Shown one piece after another: positions 39,101 through 50,476 of a stretch of DNA of 64,000 bases. The stretch lies in the NCBI GenBank assembly GCA_047495785.1, contig JBLDXI010000034.1, positions 186,001 through 250,000 of the forward strand. Direction: 5' to 3'. A model generated the notes under the pieces. It saw only the letters and a list, made by a program, of their open reading frames with translations, ran no database searches and had not been told where the DNA came from. Origin of the DNA: Lepidodermella squamata (lineage: Eukaryota > Animalia > Gastrotricha). A program made the position numbers and the translations under genes. Numbering within the stretch: position 1 is the stretch's first letter; each line of letters starts with the position of its first letter.

Positions 39101-40330
39101 GTCAAATTGATTTTTTAGCTCCCACAATATATTTTAAAAGATGTGCCACGGTCGGCACTACGTCAAAGTGAGTTGGCATGGTGGAAAAAATAATTTTAGA
39201 GATGGTTCGCTAAGGTTTGAAAATATTGGACCGCCAACTTCAGACACGTTAAATTTTTGAATTTAAAATCTCATAATGAAAATGAAACGAACCGAGAATT
39301 TCCCAAGCTATTCTTGATCGATTTGTCTCGCTGAAAAACGTATCCTTGTTATCCGAGCCTAGAAACCGGTCGAATTTGCTGTTTCGAAACTGGCACGTGT
39401 AGAAATGAAGCGGACTTCGAGGTACGTCTTGCTCGAACGGGTTTGAAATGCGGCATTTTCGAAGTAAATCGGCCGTGAAATTGTCAACTTTGTATGGATA
39501 GGCTTGAAGTGGCGCTCGTAAGGCTAGATGCTCGGCGTAGTAGCACAACATGTCGAATGGAACATGAATTTTCAGGTAATGAATCACCTTTTCCGAGTTG
39601 ACTTCTTTTATCTGATTACGAAAAAATACAAAAATTAATTCTAAATTTTTAAATTTTTTGAAAATTTCAGCAGATTTAAAAATTTTCAAAAAATTTATTT
39701 TTAAAATCTAAATTTCAAAATTTAGCAATTACCTCTTCTTCGATTTGAGCTTTTTTCCTTAAATTTTTCAGAAATTTCTGGCGCCATTTTTCTCGTTTGA
39801 TTTCCTCCGTTGATTTCGCTCGCGGAATAGCTTGCAACATCGGGGTCTCACTTGTTCCCGATTCCTCCTTAGTTTCGGACCCGAAAGTGACATGATGTTG
39901 ATTTTTAACATCATTGCTGCTACTACTACTGGTTGGTGTGTCCCGATGGCTATTATTGATGATTTCCTCCCATACAAGGACAAAATCAATGCGCCGCTTG
40001 CCGTCGCGGAAAAAACAGCTAGGATCGGTTGGAAAATCGGCATCGCCTAGCCGGCTGTTGAATAAATTCTCATGAAGTCGGACAGCTTCTTGACTTTCTT
40101 CATTATCAATTTCGTTAGCCTGGAAAATTTAATAAAATATATTTTACCATGAATTAAAAATTCAAAAAAAATGATAAAATGAAAGGCCTTCCTCAAAATT
40201 GATAAAAATTCAATTAAAAAATACTAAAATAAAATTGATAGAAAATGAGGGGAAATACCTGTGGTAGAATGTAGCTAACTCGAACGCTGTGATGAGGAGA
40301 ATCGGACTCCCCTTCAGGCGATTTCTGCAT
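33159..40330 (-). CDS. Anoctamin / TMEM16 family Ca2+-activated channel-scramblase
   Basis: [93 protein letters not shown] and VPDIP motifs. Likely ATG at 40330. Confidence 0.95.
37591..37731. repeat. Degenerate (CCCTAA)n array enclosed by short inverted repeats
   Basis: CCCACTTGCGTATCT (~37600-37614) and AGATACGCAAGTGGG (37710-37724) flank telomere-like hexamers. Confidence 0.8.
37780..38050 (+). pseudogene. Fragment of a non-LTR (RTE-like) AP endonuclease
   Basis: Frameshifted [14 protein letters not shown] / KVTIVQC and MGDLNAKVG motifs. Confidence 0.7.
38290..38482 (-). pseudogene. Fragment of a non-LTR (RTE-like) reverse transcriptase
   Basis: MRTVTE..GIRW (frameshift) [22 protein letters not shown], the catalytic xADD motif. 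Confidence 0.75.
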
Positions 40331-40613
40331 AATAGTACCTAGATTTATGAAGAAATTTTTGCATCAATCTCCGCAGGATCACGTTAAATATTAGAAATAT
40401 AGCTACTATCAATGAATGAGAAAAAAATTGAATCGCATGGCTATCCTCTTCGAAATCGCGTGTTGAATACTTTTTTAAACCGCTTTTTCTTCCAAATTTT
40501 CCGAAGCCTTCAATAATAGCAGTTTTTCATGTTGCAGAATTTTCCTTAGCGGGCCATGGATCCTTGTAATGAATGAGGAGACATTTTATTCAAAATAATT
40601 TGCTTAAGAATAG

Positions 40614-40809
40614 GGCGGTACGGCGACAAAACAGCAACTACGCAAAACAGCGAGTGCGACAAAACAGCAACTTTTTTATTTCGCGACAAAACAGCGAAAA
40701 CTTACTATGTAAAAGATGCATTGTGTTTCTGCTGTTATGTCGCAAGTAGACAATTTTGCTGTTATGTCGCGTTTGCTGTTTTGGGTATTTGCTGTTACGA
40801 CGGTCTGCC
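40614..40809. mobile_element. Small element with inverted arrays of GCGACAAAACAGC-type subrepeats
   Basis: Several (GC)GACAAAACAGC copies on the left, GCTGTTATGTCGC/GCTGTTTTG on the right; AATAG duplicated on both sides. Confidence 0.55.
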
Positions 40810-41066
40810 AATAGGGCAAGTTAAAATACTTGGCTATTGAAATGAGCCCAACCAAAAAACACGTGTGCACCTATAGCTACTCGAAATTTGAGCAAACAAT
40901 CCCTTTCATCCCCAGCTTTATATCAAAACATGCCACACAGTTAGAAAACAAATTATCCATTTATTTCAATGAAAAATCATTTTTAAATCTCAATTTATTC
41001 ATTCATCATTGATTTATTATTATTTGTTCGTTATTTTCAGCTCAAATTATTTTTGTCGCTAAATTT

Positions 41067-42453
41067 TTAAATGTTGAGGACCGAATATTCGACTGATCGA
41101 GAATTCGGGCGGCTGGTTTTAAGGCGGAAGTAATTCGCCCGCACTTGGTATTGGCTACACGCGCCAACCACCTGTTGCATCTCGCAAACCGAACCAGCCG
41201 AGCAGATGCTTTCAACACTGAACGTCTGCTCTTCCAAGAACGAATCCGAGCTCTCGAGACGCCAGTCATACTGCGTAACTTGGCTGAACCCTAACGTCAG
41301 CTTGAACTTGGTCTCCAACTTCTGGCTAGTCTCCTTAGTAATCGAATTTCCCTCCGAGGTCGTGACAGTCCGGGTGGTTCCAACCTTCTTACGATACGTG
41401 CATTTCATAGCTTCGTGGCTTTGAGAAGCATCGCACGTGTAAATTCGTTCGTAGTAATCAACAGGAACCTGGCAAATTTCCATAGGAACTTCGCTGCATG
41501 TATGGTCGTAGCGGTACATGCCCGTAGGACTGCTGCGCTGCAGGTGGAAGTACTGCATCAGTTGACCGGCTGGGCATTTAGCATGGTGACGGTCCAGGTA
41601 GAACATATTGCCCTTACCGTCATCGTTAAATTGCGTATGATGCATGTCATTGTTCGACGCGCCTTCAACCTGCAAATGAGTTTTCGAGGTCAGAGCAACA
41701 TTCAAGTTTGAGGCGGAAATCTCAAAGACGAACTTTGGAAATCTTTGTCGGTCTTTGATCAGGAATCCGCCCCAATCTATGCTCTATCGTTAATGTATAG
41801 GATTTCCTAATCAAAAGTGTTCAAGAAATGAGCAGTGCGTCATTGAAAATGAGGACTTCGAGCGCGCGAACATCACTCATCTTGACCTATTTCTTTCAAT
41901 GACGCACTGCTCATTACTCTAACACTTTTGATTAGGAAATCCTATACATTAACGATAGGGCATAGATTGGGGCGGATTCCTGATCAAAGACCGACAGAGA
42001 TTTCCAAACTTGGTCTTTGAGACTTGCGTCCTGAAGTTGGGAATTCTGAAAACTCACCGTACAGCAGGTGTAGCGATACCTCATGTTTTGATTATCCCTA
42101 CTTTGCCTGTCCAACCGGAATCCCTTCAAAAACCCAGCCGGACCACAGTTGACATGTTGCCTATCTAGATAGTACGCATTCTTAGTGTAGCTATAGTCGT
42201 TGACGCGTTCGTAGCACTGGTTAATGTTAGGGACACTGCAGCATGTGAATTCGTAGTTGACCAAGTTTGAGCCAGGGCGTTTCAGACCGAAAGAGGTCAT
42301 TAGGTGGCCATCAGGGCAGTTTACGCTATGCCTGTCCAAGTAGACAACATCCCCATTTCCGGCTAAATCAGCCGGCGTGCTGTAAGACTTGGTCGAACAA
42401 GCATTAGCCAGGCCGAGAGCGAGGCCGAAGAGTGCGATCTGGAGAAAAGCCAT
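41067..42453 (-). CDS. Secreted protein A: three YLDR[HQ]..C repeats plus Ser/Thr-rich aerolysin-like C-terminal domain (candidate beta-pore-forming toxin)
   Basis: Exons 42058-42453 (signal MAFLQIALFGLALGLANA) and 41067-41669, phase-0 intron. C-terminus CTYRKKVGTTRTVTT..KFKLTLGFSQVTQYDW..QQVVGAC. The gene model is solid; the product call is an inference. Confidence 0.7.
41720..42022. mobile_element. Palindromic (foldback) MITE in the intron of protein A
   Basis: ~130-bp arms TCTCAAAGAC..TTTGGAAATC..GCGTCATTGAAA / TTTCAATGACGC..GATTTCCAAA..TCTTTGAGA with a short spacer. Confidence 0.85.
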
Positions 42454-42722
42454 TTTCCTCGAAAACTCAACAAAAAATACTGAGGCATTGCGGGCGTAGG
42501 TCACGCCAGTTTTTTCGCAAACAGATAAGGACAGGTACAGTATCAGGTGAGCAGAGATAAGACTTATTGTCGCTAGAGTCACGTCGTGCAAAGACAGGGA
42601 GCTTCGAGATAAGACTCCGTTCTCGATTTTTCAATGTTTCAGAGATGCAACACCTCACGAATTTTTTTATTTAATTCTCCCAGGGTGTAGTACCAATTGC
42701 AAAAAGATTTTGCTGACATTTT

Positions 42723-44042
42723 TCAGCTGTCATTATTTAGTCGAATGAAGTAATAAATATCGGCTGCGAAACCAAGAATCATCACTGCAGTGCCTAGAAT
42801 GATATCGGCCAGTCGGGCGTAGCACAAGTGCCAGCGACCAACTTTTACCCGCCTGCATTGCTTGATCCGGCCAGCGAGCGGTACCGTGACGAGAGTATAC
42901 ATTGTGATGACAAGACCAACAATGAACTTGATTATGACCATCGTGACCAAGTACATCGTTTCAGATGTTGGCGGCATGCCGGAGAAGACAAGGGAAAGCA
43001 AGACTGCGTTTGCTAGCACAGCAGACATGGCAAAAGCCGGTCTGGAAAATTCAAAAATAAAATGCGATTATTAAAAATAAATCTAAGGTAGACACAAATG
43101 GGAAAAATGTTTAATTTAGACCAGTGATCGAAGTAGGATCCTAGGGCTAGGGACTAGGACTAAGGTCCCTCTTTGGGCTTTTCGGGTTTTCTTGCGTGGA
43201 CCTCTGGAGGTAGGTGGTACCCCAGGAACTTCGTACACTTCATGTCCCGATTTAACGAAATAATTACCTATTTGGTAGTTTTGGAGGTAAGACGAGGCAA
43301 GTCACTTGGAGGAAAAAGGTCGCATAGGACGGAATCATCATGCTAGCAAATTCGAACTTAAGGAAGCGTCTGTTCCATAGAAGGTCACATCGTACCAAAT
43401 AAAGTCGGCAGTTTCGTCCGTCTCGAATCTCATCTCGCAAGTTAGTGAATCGAATGGGAAGTGTTTGAAGGAAAACGAAGTGCATGCCGTGTCGATACGC
43501 CGCACGTACCCCGCAACGGCCATGGGGCCTGTAGATTTGAACGGCATGATGAAGAATGTATCATCTACAGGTTCGCTTTCGAATGGCCTCGGTTGTAGAT
43601 AGGCATTAATGTGGCCAAGGCAAGGATGCCAAACATCACGAGGTGTAACAATGAAATAGAGGCTTTCAATGCGATCTGTCGGCATGTTACACAGTGGAGA
43701 TCCAGGCACTACGTCCTCGCAGTCGTAAATCGGGCACGGGAATTTCCATTCGAATGTGAAGTACAGAAAAAGAGACATTCGCTGCTCGACGTCGCTTATT
43801 TCGATGAATCGGAACAGATAGGCAGATGCGGCAACGCGGAAGGCTTGAGTGAAGTTATTCGTGGCGATGGTTTCGCCAGGCAAGCTCTTCGACGTAACAA
43901 CTGGGCACCAAGTTTGAAGGTATTTATCGCGCAGCTCATCGATCAGCGCTCTGGTTGGTACCTTTTTAGTCTCAGCGCTGCTTAAGCTGTGGAGAATAAT
44001 GCAAGTTGTCGCTATCAAAGTCAAACTTTGTTGAAGCTGCAT
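42723..44042 (-). pseudogene. Divergent Cys-loop ligand-gated ion channel copy 1, frameshifted by a 151-bp deletion
   Basis: Paralog of copies 2 and 3. The sequence matching 48429-48579 of copy 3 is absent at ~43348, giving SSNLLA-stop; M1 and exon 2 (42723-43041) are retained out of frame. Confidence 0.85.
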
Positions 44043-44778
44043 AATAGCTAAAACGTGAGAAGTCAACTCGAATTTGATTGTTAACTGGGTGATCCATTAC
44101 TGTCAATGGAACTAGGAGAATATCGGTGTGATCGAATTTTGAATGCTTTTGAATAATTAACACTCTATGGTTAAATTGCGCATATTTGCGCATACGAAAC
44201 GTCCAGATAATAGCCGTAGGTTGTAGGATGCATATTATCTGCTTACGCCAGACTGGTGTTTTTCGATTTTTTTCTGGTGAACTGCATACAAAACCACTAA
44301 AATATTCATGGTAATTGTCAAAAGAAATCACCTGGACATATCATAGAATTGAATTTAAAACTCGGATGCCTTGCCATATTTTCAGGCAACCGAGAAAGCG
44401 TCATAAAGATCGAAGGGTATGCGTATTTTTCTAACTTTCACTATTGCTTTTTTCAGGTTTTGGTTTCTGCATAGAGAGACTCAAGCCACTTCAAATTTTT
44501 TAAATTTTCCTTTTAAAATTTCTCCATAAGCACATTTTAAAGGACATTTCAGCCTTCATTGTATCCTGGCTTTGTAACGAGAGTTTTCATCCATCAACGA
44601 CTAACGATTGGCGGCTTTGGCTATTTCAGGCGGAAATCATCGATGCCTTTCTTGATAGGGAAGATCGATTTGGACAATTCGATTTTGTTAGCTAAGGTCT
44701 CGTGAAGCTCTTTGATATATGAAGATATATGCGTGCCGGTTGTTCTCCCTCATTCGGTTTGGCTTTATTGACATGTTT

Positions 44779-46240
44779 TCAATTTTCATTATTTAGCCGA
44801 ATGAAGAAGTAAATATCTGCTGCGAAGCCGAGAATGATCACTGCAATGCCTAGAATGATATCGGCCAGTCGGACGTAGCATATGTGCGCGCGACCAATAT
44901 TGAGTTGTCTGCAGTGCTTGATCCAGCCAGCGAGTGGAACCGTGACGAGGGTATACATTGTGATCAAAAGACCAACGACGAACTTGATAATGACCATTGA
45001 GACGAAATACACCGTTTCAGATGTTGGCGGTATGCTGGAGAAGACAAGGGAAAGCAGGACTGAGTTCGCTAACACAGCTGACATAGCAAAAGCCGGCCTA
45101 TGGGGAAAAAGAAAGGTAATAAATTGAATGAACAATTTATGGCAAATTTTTCAAGGTGGACAAAAATTCAATTTAAAAACTTAATTTAAGGAAGTAGGAT
45201 CCTCGAATAATGGGTATCCGGGGGTTTTCGTGCTTTCCAGATGGGGTAAGATACACCCTTTCCCCTCTACTTCGTACACTGTTTGAAATTAGACTCTCTC
45301 AAAGGTATTTTCAAAGTTATTACCTATCTGGTAGCTTTGGAGGTAGAATTAGACAAGTAACTTGGAGGAAAAAGGTCGCATAGGACGGAATCATCATGCT
45401 GGCCACGTAATAGTTGTATTTCCGCCTAAAACGGCTTGTTAGGACCATTCGAGAGAAAACGCCAGTCGACTCGGTTATGTTACGACTTTCGCCTGTGAAG
45501 GATCTTCCCGGGTCATCCGGATATTTTAATTCCCAAACATCAGTGTCCGTTATCAAATTCGAACTCAAGGAAACGTCTGCTCCAAAGTATGTGACGTCGT
45601 ACCACAGAAAGTCGACTGTTTCCTCCGGCTCGAATTTCATGTCACAAGTAAGAGAATCAAATGGGAAATGCTTGAAGGAAAACGAAGAACACGACGTGTC
45701 GATTCGACGCGTGTAGCCAGCTGAAGCCGCGGGCCCTGTGGATTTGAAAGGCGAGATGAAAACTAAATCATCTCCAGATTCGCTTTCGAATGGCCTTGGT
45801 TCGACATAGGCATTCATGTGGCCGAGGTAGGGATGCCAAACGTCTCGAGGCATCATAATGAAATAAAGGCTCTCAATTCGATGTTCTGACATGTTGCATA
45901 GTGGAGAATCAGGCACTACATCCTCACAGTCGTAAATCGGGCATGGGAATTTCCATTCGAATGTGAAGTAAAGAAAAAGGGACATTCGCTGCTCGACATC
46001 GCTTATTTCGATAAATCGGAACAAATAGACAGCTGTTTTAACGCGGAGGGCTTGGGTGAAGTTGTTTGTAGCGATTGTCTCGCCAGGTAAGCTCCTCGAC
46101 AGCACAACTGGGCACCAAGTTTGAACATATTTTGCCTGCAGCTCATCTATCAGAGCTTTCGTTGGCGCCTTTTTAGTCTCGGCGCTGCGGAGAAGTAACA
46201 AAGCAATCGTTATCAAGGTTAAACTTTGCTGAATTTGCAT
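44779..46240 (-). CDS. Divergent pentameric (Cys-loop) ligand-gated ion channel subunit, copy 2
   Basis: Exons 45324-46240 and 44779-45097. Signal peptide, ISDVEQRM, VWHP, C..FPFD..C loop, RRKYNYYV pre-M1 and four TM helices. Confidence 0.9.
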
Positions 46241-46564
46241 AGATGTAGAAGGTTGAAGTTAAATTGCAATTAACTGCTGAGGGGGCTATATTAAAATGCA
46301 TTATTTTCATTGGGGACAGGGGAATATCGGCGACTGAATTTTAGAATGCGATTCCGTTGAATTATTAACACTATGGTCAAAGTGCGCACATTTGCTATAC
46401 GAAATCGTGCCTATTTCCGTACTCGAGAGTGATTTCCCCCTTGTTTCCTGCTCGTGAGCTGCATACTTGAACATCTGATATATACTCATGGTAATAGTCA
46501 ATTAAAGCTAAAAATCACGGAAAAACTGCGTTATGGTTCGAAAAATCAGTGGTTATCGAATATC

Positions 46565-46852
46565 GAGGGTGACTTTTTTATAGTGGCAATAATCCATGTT
46601 AGCAATAATTGCGTCTAGTACTGAATCATCTTTGTATGGCGAGTACTTGCATGTCGATTTCTCCAAACTTAACGAACTCGTGCTAGCAATAAAATTTTAT
46701 GAATGGCCTGGTATTACGCGATAATTATCAGATAGAGTTTGAAGAGTTTGGAGAAATCGACTTTAGTGCAGTGCAAGTACTCGCAATACTAGACAGTACT
46801 AGTCCCGATTAATGCTAACAAAGATTATTTCCACTATAAAAAAGTCACCCTG
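46565..46852. mobile_element. Tc1/mariner-like MITE
   Basis: AGGGTGACTTTTTTATAGTGG / CCACTATAAAAAAGTCACCCT termini plus internal inverted blocks; TA after the right end. Confidence 0.7.
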
Positions 46853-47724
46853 TAGAATGAGCTTACCTAAAGTTTACAACGTTTTCAAACAACTCCCTAA
46901 TCAGCAGGTTCCTTGGGTTTACCTTCGAACTACTACTACAATAACTACAAAGATTCGGTGCCAATTGGGGTGATCTTGTAAAACCACTTGAGCTACGTCA
47001 ACAGAGAAATTCAAATTATCACCCACATCGCGCCCACATGTCGCAACACTGGAGTCTGCGAGGATGAGATCGCAATTGGAGAAGAACCAGCCTCTATCCA
47101 TAGCAAAGCCGGACCGCCGACGTATGCGAAATCATCCAGGCATTGCTGTTAAGTTATCCTCGACTAAACGTCGATAACTGGCTGTTCTTCATTCGGCCCA
47201 TGGGGATATCAATGGCTTGAAGGTGTTAATGCTAATCGTCCTCGGACACGCTGCTGTATTATGATTAAAAAAACACGTGAATACCTTCAAGTGTGAATTT
47301 TCGAAAATTTTGTCGGTTTTGAAGTCTTTTGAAGTCGATTGAATATGAAGCTCGTTCGAAAAAATAGAGGAAATTGTGAGGTTTTTTCTGCCGCGGCGAA
47401 CATAAATTCGACGGTATTTTTTATTTTTCACTCAAATTCTAATTCTAAAACATTTCTCCTGTTGCCCATCCTATAATGAAGGATGAACTGGTATATCGTC
47501 GCCCTTGTTTTAGGTTGCTCCGATTGCACACCATTGCACACAAGCCGGTCAACAGAGGCGGGGACGAAACATAAGCGGGCCTATGGAATCAATTGAGAAC
47601 CCACTCATTATGGTTGGGAGCACCTTGGGGCCCAAATATCATCCCATGTTTCCCTTCGCTTCGGGTTCCCTTCATCGCTCATGATTCATCAAAAAGCTTT
47701 TCAAACATTTTATTGAAAATGTAT

Positions 47725-49265
47725 TCAATTTTCATTATTTAATCGAATGAAGTAGTAAATATCTGCTGCGAACACGAGCATTACCACTGAAATTCCTAAA
47801 ATGATATCAGCGATTCGTACGTAGCTCAAGTACCAGCGGCCAACATTAAGCTGTCTGCAGTGCTTGATCCATCCAGCGAGTGGAACTGTGACGAGAGTAT
47901 ACATTGTGATCAAAAGACCAACAACGAACTTGATTATGACCATTGAGACAAATAACACCGTTTCAGAAGTCGCTGGTATGCTGGAGAAGACAAGGGAAAG
48001 CAGGACTGAGCTCGCTAACACAGCTGACATGGCGAAAGTCGGTCTGGAAAATTAAAAATTCAATTCAATTTCTTTTAAAGGTGGACACACATATATTTAA
48101 GGCCAGTTTACAAAGTAGGATCCTCCAGCTAGGAGTGAATTAGGTACTTCCGGCTCAGAATCTTCGGACCAAAGTGTCCCTCTGTGGTGTCTCGACTTAA
48201 CTCCCGACTAAACCCGTGTACCTCCGGAGCTAGGGGGTACGACTCCCCAATTCTCCCTTGTAATTCGTACACTCCATGTGGCTTGAATTTCCCTTCTATC
48301 TATTTGGTATTTTTGGACTGTTTATGTCTCGATTTTCCCAAGTATTACCTGTCTGGTAGCTTTGGAGGTAGGGCAAGACAAGTCACTTGCAGGAAAAAGG
48401 TCGCATAGGACGGAATCATCATGCTAGCGATGTAATAATGGCACTTTCGCCTGAAACGGCTAGTTAGGACCAATCGAGAGTAAACGCCCGTAGACTCGGT
48501 TATATTCCGACTTTCGCCTGTGAAGGATCTTCCTGGGTCATCGGGGTACGCCAATTCCCACACATCAGTATCGCTTATCAAATTCGAACTTAGGGATGCG
48601 TCTGTTCCATAGAATGTGACGTCGTACCACAGAAAGTCAACACTTTCCTCCGGTTCGAATTTCATATCGCAAGTAAGAGAATCGAATGGGAAGTGCTTGA
48701 AAGAAAACGATGTGCATGACGTGTCGATTCTCCGCACGTACCCAGCAGAAGCCATAGGGCCTGTAGATTTGAACGGCGAGATGAAAACGACGTCATCTCC
48801 AGATTCGCCTTCAAATGGCATCGGTGTTAAGTAGGCATTCATGTGTCCGAGGTAAGGATGCCAAACATCACGAGGCGTAACAATGAAATAGAGGCTCTCA
48901 ATGCGATCTGCCGGCATGTTACAGAGTGGAGATCCAGGCACTACGTCCTGACAATCGTAAACCGGGCAGGGGAATTTCCATTCGAATGTAAAGTAAAGAA
49001 AAAGAGACATTCGCTGCTCTACGTCGCTGATTTCGATGAATCGGAACAGATAGGCAGATGCGGCAACGCGGAGGGCTTGGGTAAAATTATTCGTGACGAT
49101 AAACTCGCCAGGTAGGTTCCTCGACATAACAACTGGGCACCAAGTTTGGACATATTTCGCCTGTAGTTCATCGATCAAAGCTTTTGTAGGCGCCTTGTTA
49201 GTCCAAGCGCTGCGAAGAAGGAAGACAGCTGTCGTGATCAAGGTTAAACTTTTTTGAAGTTTCAT
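47725..49265 (-). CDS. Divergent pentameric (Cys-loop) ligand-gated ion channel subunit, copy 3
   Basis: Exons 48349-49265 and 47725-48043; colinear with and highly similar to copy 2. Confidence 0.9.
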
Positions 49266-49815
49266 AGCTATAGAATGTTTAATGTTAAATCACATAGTTA
49301 ATTGCGATTAAAAGGAGTTATAGTTGAATCCAACATTTTTATTGGGCACTCGGGAATATCGGCGACTGAATTTTGTAATCAAGAATGTATTGAATAATTA
49401 ACACGCTATGGTCCAATGGCGCATATTTGCTAATCGAAATCTTGCAGAAAAAACCGGATAAGGCCTATTTCCGTGCGCGAGGGAGGTTTTTCTCCTGGTG
49501 GTTTTTTCCTCGTGAGCTGCATACTTACTTTTTATTATTACTTAATTTCGAGGATTAATATTCATGTAAAAAATATGATGGTACTGAATTCGTGGAAAAA
49601 TAAGGGCACGCAGGCCACTCGTGAAACTCTAAAACATGAGCAGTTAAAATAATTTTACAAGATTGCAGTGTCTGAAAAATCCAGTTTTTGCATTTTTGAT
49701 TTAAAGACTTTGGATTAGTTTCAACTTTTTCAGTAGACAGAGAAACATGAGACGGCAATTCGTACTAAAACGGGAAGAACTCGATTGAGGCAAGTTGAGG
49801 AAGGTTGAGAAAAGT

Positions 49816-49945
49816 CCCGTATCAACAATTTTCAGTAATCCGTGATGCTAATGAGCACTTTTCATTGTGATTTCACGCACTGAACAATGAAAAGAGCTCA
49901 TTAGCATATTTCATCTTACGGAATACTGAAAATTGTTGATACGGG
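49816..49945. repeat. Palindromic mini-element
   Basis: CCCGTATCAACAATTTTCAGTA..ATGCTAATGAGC..TTTTCATTGT / ACAATGAAAA..GCTCATTAGCAT..TACTGAAAATTGTTGATACGGG. Confidence 0.75.
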
Positions 49946-50476
49946 GTGTTCTTGTAGATAGGGGTTCGACGTGGGAAGGAATAGACAAATCGCGCGAAAA
50001 AAATATGGGACCGGGATTGAGCTCAATCAATTATTCAAGTAACAATCAGAATGTTCAATCAGTGATCATCGATTATCGATTATCGATTAATGCAAGGTTA
50101 CCTCAGTACCTGGCTAACCATGAAGCCCATTGGACGCTGCTTTAAGCAGCAAAGAACTGGAACAGCAAAGAACTGGAACCCACGTGATTAATCTCACATC
50201 TCACTTCGTTATTCTGAAAAAAAACAACGCTGCCTCCTTAAATCTGATTTATTTCTCAATATCTCTTAGACCTCTAAAACAAAAATGACTTCTAATGCTA
50301 AATAACGTGAACATGCTAAGATTATTGGTTAGCAGCGATAGGGCTAGAAAAATTATGTCTATAAGTAGTGATTTTTGGATCTTTGAACTACACAGGAATA
50401 TGCATTCTATATATTTGATCTGGAATCTTATTCTTTTTCATAATTTCTATTTCTATACCATCTCAACGGGACCTTA

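Larger units (their letters stand above)
36603..39249. mobile_element. Long-TIR Mutator/foldback-like element (~350-bp near-perfect TIRs, 9-bp TSD) in an anoctamin intron
   Basis: ACGTGTCTGAAGTTGGCGGTCC... at 36603 is mirrored by ...GGACCGCCAACTTCAGACACGT ending at 39249. TAAATTTTT flanks both ends (36594-36602, 39250-39258). No transposase ORF seen. Confidence 0.9.

Noticed and set aside
40614-40809. Short repeats with spacers resembling a CRISPR array
   Set aside because: Eukaryotic context, irregular spacing, inverted orientation of the two halves and no cas genes.
46919-47250. Base-balanced minus-strand ORF fragment between channel genes
   Set aside because: Interrupted by stops, with no recognisable motif or splice structure.
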